A stretch of DNA of 46,693 bases. Origin: Pseudomonadota bacterium. Its GTDB lineage: Bacteria; Desulfobacterota; Desulfobacteria; Desulfobacterales; JBDRRP01. Numbering within the stretch: position 1 is the stretch's first letter; every line of letters starts with the position of its first letter. The position numbers and the translations under genes were made by a program. The stretch lies in contig JBDRRP010000041.1 in assembly GCA_043825735.1 (NCBI GenBank), forward strand, positions 62,001 through 108,693, read 5' to 3'. The notes beneath the pieces were generated by a model. It was not told the DNA's origin. It made no database searches and worked only from the letters and a program-made list of their open reading frames with translations. Below, one piece after another: positions 27,561-36,962 of this stretch.

Positions 27561-27662
27561 ATGGCATTTCTGCGTTTGATTTTCCTTTACAATCCGTCGT
27601 AGTGTTCACGCCGTGAATAACAGTGTACTGACAGACGGACTTCCACAAACAGGTCAGCCGCA

Positions 27663-28385
27663 ATGAATCCCTTAAACAGACCACCGCACAGCGGTACTGC
27701 GCTGCGCGTCATCACTATCGTGGCCGTGCTCACGGGCGCCGGCCAGATCGTTGCCGACTACCTGGGCCCCCCCGTGGTGGTCTATGCGCTCAAACCGCTC
27801 ACCATGGTGCTCATTATCGCCATCGCCGCGAGCGCCGTTCGCCGCCCGGAGTGGTTTTACCCGGCGGCCGTCACCGCCGGGCTCGCCATTTCCCTGGTGG
27901 GCGATGTCTTTCTCATGCTGCCGGGCAATTACTTCATCCCCGGATTGGTGAGCTTTCTTCTGGCCCACCTGGTCTACATCGCCGCGTTCTCCGCAGCCCT
28001 GCCCCTTCGGTTCAGCATCGGCAGCATCCTGCCGTTTGCCGCTTACGGGGCACTGGTTTTCGCCCTGATCGCACCAGGCCTGGGCGGCATGACCGTCCCC
28101 GTGGCGCTCTACCTCGTGGTCATCCTGGTGATGGGCTGGCGGGCCGTGGAGCGATGGCACGCCCTCGGGAGCCTGTCCGGCCGGCTGGCCGCCATGGGGG
28201 CACTGCTGTTTCTCGCATCGGACACGGCCCTGGCCGTGAACCGCTTCATGTCCTCTTTTGAAGCCTCAGATCTGGTGATCATGACCACCTACTACACCGG
28301 ACAGTGGCTCATCGCCGTCTCCGCCGTGGCGGCAGCCGTCAACCACAACCGCCCGTCCGGATCGGAAAGGGATACTCCCACATGA
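27663..28385 (+). CDS. YhhN/lysoplasmalogenase family membrane protein
   Basis: LKPL, SLVGDVFLM, GLVSFLLAHLVY, GALLFLASD, TYYTGQ. Confidence 0.9.
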   Translation: MNPLNRPPHSGTALRVITIVAVLTGAGQIVADYLGPPVVVYALKPLTMVLIIAIAASAVRRPEWFYPAAVTAGLAISLVGDVFLMLPGNYFIPGLVSFLLAHLVYIAAFSAALPLRFSIGSILPFAAYGALVFALIAPGLGGMTVPVALYLVVILVMGWRAVERWHALGSLSGRLAAMGALLFLASDTALAVNRFMSSFEASDLVIMTTYYTGQWLIAVSAVAAAVNHNRPSGSERDTPT

Positions 28386-28873
28386 ACCGAAAAAGCATCG
28401 CCGCCGCACTCGGAATGGCGGTAATACTGGCCGCCGGCTGCGCCCCCAAGGCCGTGAAGACCATTTCCTTCGGCACCGACACGGCGGCAAAACGCGTACT
28501 CATCGCCACCGAGCAAAGCGACTTCAAGGACGCCGTGATTTCCTCGGTGACCGGTGCCCTTGACCCCGCCACCGTCCATGTCAAGGTCATCGATATCAAG
28601 CGCCTCTCCGCTGAGGCGCCCGCATCCTACGATGCGGTGATTCTCATCAACACGGTCTACGCATGGCAAATGAACAAGCAGGCCGCCGCCTTTCTCAAGA
28701 ACGACACCGCCCGGCAGCGGGTCATCCTGCTGTCGACCGCCAACGGCGAGGACTGGGAAGCCGGCATTGACGGCGTCGACGCCATCACCTCGGCCTCGGA
28801 GGCGGCCAAGGTGCCGGCCGTGTCGGCGGCGGTGAGTGCCAGGCTGCAGCGCATACTGGCAACGCCCAATTGA
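28382..28873 (+). CDS. Lipoprotein with flavodoxin-like alpha/beta pattern
   Basis: Lipobox LAAGC; ATGA overlap with upstream gene. Confidence 0.7.
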   Translation: MNRKSIAAALGMAVILAAGCAPKAVKTISFGTDTAAKRVLIATEQSDFKDAVISSVTGALDPATVHVKVIDIKRLSAEAPASYDAVILINTVYAWQMNKQAAAFLKNDTARQRVILLSTANGEDWEAGIDGVDAITSASEAAKVPAVSAAVSARLQRILATPN

Positions 28874-29418
28874 TGCACCGTAACCATGGAAAACCGATCC
28901 CGGCCGTGGAGGCCATCCTTGAGCCCTGGGGCCCTGCGCTGGGCCCGGACCGCAGGGCCTACCGCAACCATGTCTACCGGGTCATTCACTTTTGCGCGGT
29001 CCTTTCGCCCCTGTCCGGGGTTGATTTCCAGCAGGTGTTGGTAGCCGCCTGTTTTCATGACATCGGCATCTGGCTGGACAAGACCTTCGACTACCTCGCG
29101 CCGTCGCGCGAAAGGGCCCGCCGGTTCCTGGCCGATCTGGGCCGCCCGGGATGGACGCCGGCGGTGGAGGCCATGATCGCCTGGCACCACAAACTGACCC
29201 CGGTGGAACCCTCGCTGGCGCCACTGGCGGAAGTCTTCCGCCGGGCCGACTGGATTGACGTGAGCCTGGGCAGCCTGCGCATGGGGTTGCCGCCGGCGCG
29301 GATTTCAGCTATCCGAAGGGCATTTCCAAACGCCGGATTTCACCATCGGCTCGCCGTATTGAGCCTTCGCCGGTTGGCCGAAGCCCCCCTGGACCCACTG
29401 CCCATGATGCGGTGGTAA
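28873..29418 (+). CDS. HD-superfamily-like hypothetical protein
   Basis: YRNHVYRV...FHDIGIW...WHHK...ADWID. Confidence 0.7.
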   Translation: MHRNHGKPIPAVEAILEPWGPALGPDRRAYRNHVYRVIHFCAVLSPLSGVDFQQVLVAACFHDIGIWLDKTFDYLAPSRERARRFLADLGRPGWTPAVEAMIAWHHKLTPVEPSLAPLAEVFRRADWIDVSLGSLRMGLPPARISAIRRAFPNAGFHHRLAVLSLRRLAEAPLDPLPMMRW

Positions 29419-29425
29419 AAGGGAA

Positions 29426-29623
29426 GGGTTCAAGGGGTCGAGGGTCCAAGGGGCCGAGTGAAGGCCATGGTGTTTTGATGATGTTCAGGATGATGGCAGC
29501 AGCGGCCAGTTGGTTCAAAACACGTCATTGACGCAACTAAAACCAGTGCTCACGCAGAGACGCAAAGACGCAAAGACGCAGCGTAAAACGAAAGTTGAAC
29601 ATCGAACACCCAACGTCGAATGA
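29426..29623. repeat. Cluster of three short tandem-unit repeats
   Basis: GGGTTCAAGGGGTCGAGGGTCCAAGGGGCCGAGTGAA (29426-62), CGCAGAGACGCAAAGACGCAAAGACGCA (29553-80), TTGAACATCGAACACCCAACGTCGAATGA (29595-623). Confidence 0.5.
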
Positions 29624-29637
29624 CGATAAAAGGAGAA

Positions 29638-30390
29638 ATGCGATTTTTTATGGCAACGCCACCTAACGACATCTCTTTGAAAAGACGGCTGCGCGCCTGG
29701 ATCATCGTCACTCTCGGCACGATAATGTTTCGGCTATGGTTTGCCACGTGCCGGGTGCGCCTGGTGGGAGAAGACATCTACCGCCACTACACCGAAGCCC
29801 GATTGCCCGCCGTGGTGGCCACCTGGCACCGCGGGGCGGTTTTCATTGTCTGGCAATTCAGGCGCGTGAGGCCCATGATCATGTTCAGCCGGTCCAACGA
29901 CGGTGAGCTCATCGCCCGGTTTGCCGAAAAACTGGGGGTCATCCCGGTGCGGGGTTCTTCCAGCCGCGGCGGGGGGCAGGCCCTGCGCACCATGTTGAAA
30001 TTTCTGAACGGCGATGGCAGCCGTATTGCCGCCACGGTGCTCGATGGCCCGCGCGGTCCGCGGTTCGAAGCAAAAAAAGGGCTCCTCTTTCTGTCCAGAA
30101 TCAGCGGCGCCCCCCTGGTCCCCGTGGTCGTCTCCGCATGGCCGGCCCTCACGTTGAAAAAGTCCTGGGACCGCACGCTGATTCCCCTGCCCTTCAGCCG
30201 GGTAACGGTGATCATCGGCGAGCCTGTTCCCGTCCCGCCGGACACCGACAGCGCCGGCCTTGACGTTATCCGTCTAAAAGTGGAAAACACGCTTAAAGAA
30301 ATGATGCGCGCAGCGGACGCGGACACCGGCTACATCCGCGAGTGGCCTAATATTTATGACCCCGCAGACACAACGCCGAAGCAAGCGTAG
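29638..30390 (+). CDS. DUF374 / lysophospholipid acyltransferase-like protein
   Basis: TWH, SRSNDGELIA, VRGSSSRGG, DGPRGP, SWDR..IPLPFS. Confidence 0.88.
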   Translation: MRFFMATPPNDISLKRRLRAWIIVTLGTIMFRLWFATCRVRLVGEDIYRHYTEARLPAVVATWHRGAVFIVWQFRRVRPMIMFSRSNDGELIARFAEKLGVIPVRGSSSRGGGQALRTMLKFLNGDGSRIAATVLDGPRGPRFEAKKGLLFLSRISGAPLVPVVVSAWPALTLKKSWDRTLIPLPFSRVTVIIGEPVPVPPDTDSAGLDVIRLKVENTLKEMMRAADADTGYIREWPNIYDPADTTPKQA

Positions 30391-30475
30391 GCTCATGATA
30401 CGACTTGCAGCCGGTCAAAAAGCGCCCGACTTCACCACCAAAGGTTTTTTGCCGGGGAAAACGGAAAGCGTCAAT

Positions 30476-30946
30476 ATGCGCATCACCTGGTCCTGGCAGT
30501 CTTTCGATGCCCTCGCGGCGGCGGATCTTTACGACATCCTCCGGCTGCGCCAGGATGTGTTCATCCTGGAGCAGTCCAGCCTTTACGCCGACATCGACGG
30601 CCGCGATCCCGAGGCCTGGCACCTGGCGGGGCATTCAAACGATGGCCGTCTGGCCGCATATATGCGGGTGTTTCCGGTGGTTGCCCAGGCAGCCGAAACA
30701 ACACTTGGGCGCTTCGTGGTGGCCCCCTGGGCCCGCGGCATCGGCCTGGCCCGGGACATGATGGACCGGTGCCTCGGCTGGGTGGCCGGTCATGCACCGG
30801 AGGCCCCCATTCGTATTTCGGCGCAGGCTCATCTCGAAGCCTTCTACCGAGGCTACGGGTTTGCGGCTACCGGGGACGCCTACGACGATGCCGGTGTGCC
30901 GCACGTGGACATGATCCGCGCCGCTTCCGGAGGAGGCATCCCGTGA
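30476..30946 (+). CDS. elaA: ElaA-like GNAT N-acetyltransferase
   Basis: LYDILRLRQDVFILEQ...Y.DIDGRD, ISAQAHLEAFYRGYGF, GVPHVDM. Confidence 0.88.
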   Translation: MRITWSWQSFDALAAADLYDILRLRQDVFILEQSSLYADIDGRDPEAWHLAGHSNDGRLAAYMRVFPVVAQAAETTLGRFVVAPWARGIGLARDMMDRCLGWVAGHAPEAPIRISAQAHLEAFYRGYGFAATGDAYDDAGVPHVDMIRAASGGGIP

Positions 30947-31527
30947 TGACAACGCCCCCCTTTTCCTGGATTCCGGGCCGGCGCCGGCTTCCGGCCTTCA
31001 TCGTCACGACAGCCCTGGCCGTGGTGCTGCTGGCCGCACTCATGGTGCTGGACCGCCCCTTGCGCACGATTGCCGCCCCCGATGGCATCGTCAGCTTCGA
31101 GGTGGCCGGGAGCATGGACAGCGCACGCCGGATATTGGACTCCTGGCCGCCGGAGGCCCGGGTGGCCGCCGGGCTGAGCCTGGGTCTGGACTACCTGTTT
31201 CTGGTGGCCTACGCCGCAGCCATCGCCATGGGCTGCGGCATGGTGGCCGACCGTCTGGCGTCAGAAAAACCGGGGTTCAGTCGCTTGGGGACGATCCTGG
31301 CCTGGGGCCAGTTCGCAGCAGCCGGGTGCGACATGGTCGAAAACGTCATGCTGATTCTGATGCTTCAGGGCCACATGGCGCCGGCCCTGCCCGCCGCCGC
31401 CCTGGGATGCGCGCTGGTCAAGTTCACCGTCATCGGGGCGGGCCTCTTCTATGCCGGCGCCGGCGGCGTGCTGATCCTCGCGGCAAGCCGCGCCGCCCGC
31501 GGCAGTGCGCGCGGAGGTGACCGGTGA
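30946..31527 (+). CDS. Hypothetical integral membrane protein
   Basis: 4 hydrophobic segments, GIVSFE, LDYLF, DMVEN; translationally coupled on both sides. Confidence 0.75.
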   Translation: MTTPPFSWIPGRRRLPAFIVTTALAVVLLAALMVLDRPLRTIAAPDGIVSFEVAGSMDSARRILDSWPPEARVAAGLSLGLDYLFLVAYAAAIAMGCGMVADRLASEKPGFSRLGTILAWGQFAAAGCDMVENVMLILMLQGHMAPALPAAALGCALVKFTVIGAGLFYAGAGGVLILAASRAARGSARGGDR

Positions 31528-32345
31528 ACCGCCCGGCCACTCAGCGCGCCCATTGGCGGCGCGCCCTGCACGAAGTCATTTTCGAGGCCGACACCCCGGC
31601 AGGAAAGGCCTTCGACATCGCCCTGTTGGTATGCATCGTCTTGAGCGTCGGGGCTGTCCTTCTGGAAAGCGTGGCGAGCATCCGGGCGGACTACGGCCCG
31701 GCCCTGCGCACCCTCGAATGGGCCATCACCCTCCTGTTCACGGTGGAATACCTTTTGCGGCTCATCGCTGTGGGCCAGCCGCTGAAATACGCCACCAGTT
31801 TCTACGGGGTGGTGGACCTCATGGCCATCGTGCCCACCTATCTGAGCCTCGTCGTGGCCGGCTCACAATCGCTGCTGGTGATCCGCGCCCTGCGCCTTTT
31901 GCGGGTATTCCGGGTCATGAAACTGGTGCATTTCGTCGGGGAGGCCGCCGTGCTGCGGCAGGCCCTGAGTGCCAGCGCCAAGAAGATCGCCGTCTTTCTC
32001 ATCACCGTGGCGACCCTGGTGCTCATCATCGGTGCAATCATGTACCTGGTGGAAGGAGAAGACAACGGATTTACCAGTATCCCCCAAAGCATTTACTGGG
32101 CCATAGTCACCCTGACCACCGTAGGCTACGGCGACATCGCCCCCCATACGGTGCTGGGAAAACTGCTGGCCTCGGTGGTGATGATTCTGGGCTACGGCAT
32201 CATCGCCGTTCCCACGGGCATCGTCACCGTGGAACTCTCCGATGCCAAGCGAAAAATGGTCGCCACCCAGGCCTGCCCCGAATGCGCCGCCGAGGGTCAC
32301 GACGCCGATGCGGCGTTCTGCAAATACTGCGGCAGCCGGCTATAG
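31524..32345 (+). CDS. 6-TM voltage-gated K+ channel-type ion transporter
   Basis: S4 RALRLLRVFRVMK, filter TTVGYGD, C-terminal CPEC...CKYCG. Confidence 0.93.
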   Translation: MNRPATQRAHWRRALHEVIFEADTPAGKAFDIALLVCIVLSVGAVLLESVASIRADYGPALRTLEWAITLLFTVEYLLRLIAVGQPLKYATSFYGVVDLMAIVPTYLSLVVAGSQSLLVIRALRLLRVFRVMKLVHFVGEAAVLRQALSASAKKIAVFLITVATLVLIIGAIMYLVEGEDNGFTSIPQSIYWAIVTLTTVGYGDIAPHTVLGKLLASVVMILGYGIIAVPTGIVTVELSDAKRKMVATQACPECAAEGHDADAAFCKYCGSRL

Positions 32346-32504
32346 AAAGCGCACCGTTGCCAAAGAGGGGCGCATGACCAAAGAAGCCGGCCCGAACCCA
32401 AAGCCCCCATTGCACTGCGACAGATTTCCGATTAAGTCTAAAGCCTTGGCCTCAGTACCGCCGCCCCCGGAAGATGTTCTTTACCCGTTACAGGAGCGCT
32501 TGCG

Positions 32505-35500
32505 TTGTCCTTACCAAAGCTGACTCACCATTTCCGCCGTCAACTGCTCATCGGCGCAATGTCAGCCGTCGCCGCCCTGTGTCTCGTGATACTGGGTGCC
32601 TGGATGTTTCGCGACACCCTGGCCGGTCCCCGGCTGGCCGCCTATCTGGAGCGCACCCTGACCGATGCGCTGGACATGAAGACCAGCGTCGGCGCCGTCA
32701 CCGGATCCTACCTGGGGGGCATCGACATCGCTTATCTGCGCCTCGAGGCGACCGCCGCCGATGCCCCCCTGAAGCGGTTGACCACCGGTCCTGTGCACGT
32801 TCGGTATTCTCTGGGCAAACTGCTGCTGGGAACGGCGGCCTTCGTACGGCAAACGACCGTAACCGTCGCAGAGGCCCGAGTGGCGCTGTCACTGGGCAGC
32901 GACGCCTCGCCGCCCGCCTCCCCGTCCGAGCCTCTGGCCGCGCTGATGATTTTAAAGGACCTTCCCCCGCTGCCGTCGATACGGTTGACCGGTGCCACCG
33001 TTTCGGTCAGCGGCGCCGGGGGATCGGGAACCGTGGGACCGGCGGGAATACGATTTTACGATGACGCGGGAGGCACGCGCCGTCTGGGCGTCGACATCAC
33101 CGGCGGAAATTGGATGACAGATACCGATACGGTCATCATCCCTCCGATCGCCTTCGACCTGACCGCCACAGCCCGCGCGCTGCGTCTGAAACCGGTCACC
33201 GTAGGAGACGGGCTGATCACGGCCGATGCGCAAATCGATCTGGACAGGATCCCCGAAGCCATCCCGTTTACCGTAACAGGGGCGCTGGCCGGGGCGCCGG
33301 TAACGGTTGCCGGCGCCTATGGCTCAACCCGCTTTGCCGTGGATCTCAACGCCAAGGGGATCGATTTGGGCGCCGTCCTGCTTAAAAGCGGCTTGAGGCT
33401 CCCGCAGACCGTTTCCGGATTCCTGAATATCGACGGGAAATTCGACATCCCGGTACACGACCCGCAACACATGGCGGCCACACTGAAGCTGTCAATCACC
33501 GACGGCAGCTACGGAGGCGCACGGATTTCCGGCGTCACTGCCGTCATACGGTCCGACGCTGAGAGTCTTTTCGTAGACCGCGCCGAGGTGACCGCCCCAG
33601 GAAATCGTTTGATCCTTACCGGGCTACGCCTGCCGCTGGCCCCGCTGCTGGATGCTGATCCCGACGCGCTGGCGGCAACGGCAGAAGGTCGATTCGAATT
33701 GGTCGGCACGCAAGCCGCTGTGCTGCTTCAACCGGCGTCCGTGTCAATTGTGGATATGGCGGATCTTCCCGCCCACGACTACCGGCTCAGCGGTGCGCTC
33801 TCCAGCGGCACGCTCACCATTGAAGAGGGACGACTGGTCGCCGGCGGCGGCGCGCTGAAAGTTTTACCGTCGGTGGTGACGCTGCCCCGGCCATTGGAAG
33901 AAACCGGCACCACCGGTTTCGAAATCCGTGCCACCGTCGATTTTCCCGACCTTTTACCGGTGTCGCAAATCCTTTCCCTCCCGATGACCCTATCCGGGCG
34001 GATGCGCGGGAAGCTCGCTGTGACGGGCACTCTTAAATCCCCGGAAGGGTTGTTGTCGCTCACCGCCGGAGCACTGCGCCTTGACGATCGTGACATGGGC
34101 GCGCTCAGTGCATCGGTTTCGGCTGCGGCCGGCATGCTCAGCATCCAGACGCTGAACTGGAAAAACGGCAATGACCGCATCCTTGCAAAAGGGGATGTCC
34201 ACATCGGCGAGCGACGGGCGAATGCCGTCACCGTAAGTTTTTCCATCACAGATCCCTTGCACTACGTTCCTCATAACTTTTCCGGACAGGTTCCGGCTGC
34301 GCTGACACGGCTGGATCTGAAAGGCACGGCGAGCGGCACGATAGGCATCGACGGCCTGCTGCCGGCCCCGCGCATCGCGCTGGACGCCCGGCTGCACAAT
34401 CTCCGGGCCGGCAATCAGTCTCTGGGCGAGTTCGCGGTGAAAGGCAGGATCGAGGGCCGCCGCATCATTATCGGCAGGGCACTGCTGGTGAACGGAAAAG
34501 ACCGGATGCGCCTGGCTGGCGCGGTTGATGCCGATCAGGACCAACTCGAAGCGGTCAGCGCGGAGATAATGCTCGACGATGTGGCACCGTACCTTGCACT
34601 GATCACCGAGGCACCGGCCGCCCTTCAGGGCGATCTCCGGGCGACACTGTCCGCCAGCGGAAAATGGCAAACACCCGACGCGCACCTTTCGGCAGTATCG
34701 GAGCATCTCGATACCGCCGCCGGCCCCCTGAGGTCACTAACGATCGTGGCCGCCGCCACACCCGACCGACGCCTTCAGATCACCGAGCTGCGCGCCATGA
34801 TGGCCGATACCCTTCTGGCCGCTGCCGGCACGCTTCAATGGCCCGCAGCCATGGACGCGCTCACCCTTCGGCTGACCGCGCTGTCCGCCGAGCGCAACGG
34901 CACCGACCTGCGGCTGAAGACCCCGTCGGTCCTGATCATTGACACCGGCGGCCGGTCGTCGCTCACCCCGCTGACACTCATCGGATCCGCCGGTACGATA
35001 ACCCTGGCCGGCCGCCTGGATCCGGCGGGCGCGGTGGCGGTGCAGGCACACGTCAGCGATCTCAACGGCAAGGGCTGGCTGCCCGATCTCACCGGAGGCC
35101 GTCTCGATGTGGACGCTCTCAATGCCACCCTCACGGTGTCGGGGACATGGCGCGCACCGCGCATTGCCCTTGCCGCGTCTACCGATGCCGTCCGCAGCCC
35201 CTTTCTGCCAGTGCCCCTGGCAGGCCGAATGGCCCTGGATTATGCCGATGCCCGCCTGTCTATCAGCCAATTCGACTGGTCGTATACCGACGGCTCGCGG
35301 ATCCACATCACCGGCGACATCCCTTTTCAGGCCCAGTGGAAAGACATCCGGCCGGAAGCGCTGGTGACGCTGTCCGCCGAGATTGAACTTCCCCAGGCAG
35401 GAGTACTCAACGCCTTTCTCGGCAAAAACCGTATCTCGGCCGGAAGCCTTTCGGTCGCGGCAACGATCACCGGCACCTGGGAAAACCCCGAAGGCAATGC

Positions 35501-36962
35501 TCGGCTGGACGGCGCCGATGTGATGCTTGAAAACGGCAGCCTGCCCCTGCCGCCCGGACCGCTGGCCTTTTCGGCAAAGGCCCGATACGGGGAGCGGACC
35601 ATCGTGCTGGAACACTTCCGACTGAATGCACCGGCCGTCATCATTGCCGGCCAAGGTTCATGGAAAAACCTCCCGCCGCCATGGCTGGCCCCCCTCGCGG
35701 CCGATGGCGGCGCCGTCTCCATGGATGCGACGGTGTCAGCCACCCGCCTGGATTGGGCGGCTGCGGGCATACCCGGCGTGCGGGCCACTGACGGACAACT
35801 GTTGGCCAACGTTCATCTTCGCGGGTCCCTGAGCCAGCCCGAGATCACGGCAACGCTGTCGGTAAAAGATGGCCAGATCCGGGCTGAAGCGCGCCTGCCG
35901 GCCATAGAAGCGATCAACCTGCAGGCGGATATCACGGCCGGGGATCTCACCATCTCTGAGCTGAGCGCACAGATCGGCGCAGCACCGCTCACCGCGACCG
36001 GCCGCGTCACCGACGTGATGGGCCCGGACCCCGTCATGGACCTGCGGCTCAACGGGAACAACTTGCTGCTCTACCGTGACCCCGGCCTGCGGGTTCGCGG
36101 CAATACCGCACTGGTGCTCACCGGCCCGGTGAGCCGCCTGCAGCTCACCGGAGATGTGGTGATCACCGACGGTCTGTTCAGCCGGCGTATCGATTTACTG
36201 GGAAGTCTGAAGGCGAGCGACCGGCCGGAAAGCGGTGATCGCGGGCTGCGCCTGTTTTCCATCCGCCAGCCCCCATTGCGCGACATGCGGCTGGATGTCG
36301 GCATCTCGGCGGCCAGCCCCTTCGTCATCCGCAGCAATCTCGTCCGCGGCGAAGTGAAACCGAGTCTGCGCCTCACCGGCACCGCCGAAGTCCCGCTCCT
36401 GGTGGGCAAGGTCCTGGTGAGCACCGCCAAGCTTCGCCTGCCGGCCGGCAGAATGCTCATCGAAAACGGGTTGATCCAATTTCCCAACGCCGATCCCGAA
36501 CGACCGGTGATCGATCTGCTGGGAACGAGCAAGCTATTCGGCTATGATGTCCGCCTGATTGCCGAGGGCCCCTATGACGAGCCCGTCATCACCCTGAGCG
36601 CCACGCCGCCGCTGGCCAGCGAAGACATTTTGCTCATGCTGCTGACCGGCGCACCGCCGTCAAAGGACATCACGGCGGGCGACATTCGCCGTCGCAGTCT
36701 CAACGTGAGCATGTTCATCGGCCAGGATCTGATCTCCCGATGGTTCGACAGTGGCGACAGTGACTCCGGAGAATCAATAATGGAGCGTTTCGACGTGCAG
36801 CTGGGAAGGGAAATCACCCAGAAAGGGGAAGAAACGGTGGAGGCGCAGTTCAGGCTGGCGGACAACGTTTTCCGGCAGGGCGACACCATCTACCTCACCG
36901 GGGAAAAGGACGCTTACGACTACTATAACGCCGGGGTCCAATTTGTCTTCCGTCTGCGATAA
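32505..36962 (+). CDS. tamB: Translocation and assembly module TamB (DUF490)
   Basis: 1485 aa; N-terminal TM, repeated beta-taco segments (G....P..), DUF490-like C-terminus. Confidence 0.85.
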   Translation: MSLPKLTHHFRRQLLIGAMSAVAALCLVILGAWMFRDTLAGPRLAAYLERTLTDALDMKTSVGAVTGSYLGGIDIAYLRLEATAADAPLKRLTTGPVHVRYSLGKLLLGTAAFVRQTTVTVAEARVALSLGSDASPPASPSEPLAALMILKDLPPLPSIRLTGATVSVSGAGGSGTVGPAGIRFYDDAGGTRRLGVDITGGNWMTDTDTVIIPPIAFDLTATARALRLKPVTVGDGLITADAQIDLDRIPEAIPFTVTGALAGAPVTVAGAYGSTRFAVDLNAKGIDLGAVLLKSGLRLPQTVSGFLNIDGKFDIPVHDPQHMAATLKLSITDGSYGGARISGVTAVIRSDAESLFVDRAEVTAPGNRLILTGLRLPLAPLLDADPDALAATAEGRFELVGTQAAVLLQPASVSIVDMADLPAHDYRLSGALSSGTLTIEEGRLVAGGGALKVLPSVVTLPRPLEETGTTGFEIRATVDFPDLLPVSQILSLPMTLSGRMRGKLAVTGTLKSPEGLLSLTAGALRLDDRDMGALSASVSAAAGMLSIQTLNWKNGNDRILAKGDVHIGERRANAVTVSFSITDPLHYVPHNFSGQVPAALTRLDLKGTASGTIGIDGLLPAPRIALDARLHNLRAGNQSLGEFAVKGRIEGRRIIIGRALLVNGKDRMRLAGAVDADQDQLEAVSAEIMLDDVAPYLALITEAPAALQGDLRATLSASGKWQTPDAHLSAVSEHLDTAAGPLRSLTIVAAATPDRRLQITELRAMMADTLLAAAGTLQWPAAMDALTLRLTALSAERNGTDLRLKTPSVLIIDTGGRSSLTPLTLIGSAGTITLAGRLDPAGAVAVQAHVSDLNGKGWLPDLTGGRLDVDALNATLTVSGTWRAPRIALAASTDAVRSPFLPVPLAGRMALDYADARLSISQFDWSYTDGSRIHITGDIPFQAQWKDIRPEALVTLSAEIELPQAGVLNAFLGKNRISAGSLSVAATITGTWENPEGNARLDGADVMLENGSLPLPPGPLAFSAKARYGERTIVLEHFRLNAPAVIIAGQGSWKNLPPPWLAPLAADGGAVSMDATVSATRLDWAAAGIPGVRATDGQLLANVHLRGSLSQPEITATLSVKDGQIRAEARLPAIEAINLQADITAGDLTISELSAQIGAAPLTATGRVTDVMGPDPVMDLRLNGNNLLLYRDPGLRVRGNTALVLTGPVSRLQLTGDVVITDGLFSRRIDLLGSLKASDRPESGDRGLRLFSIRQPPLRDMRLDVGISAASPFVIRSNLVRGEVKPSLRLTGTAEVPLLVGKVLVSTAKLRLPAGRMLIENGLIQFPNADPERPVIDLLGTSKLFGYDVRLIAEGPYDEPVITLSATPPLASEDILLMLLTGAPPSKDITAGDIRRRSLNVSMFIGQDLISRWFDSGDSDSGESIMERFDVQLGREITQKGEETVEAQFRLADNVFRQGDTIYLTGEKDAYDYYNAGVQFVFRLR

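Noticed and set aside
26978..27616. 212-aa ORF
   Set aside because: Translation of repeats (IEIEIAIGIGIG, DSDTDFDTDPD); no RBS or protein motif
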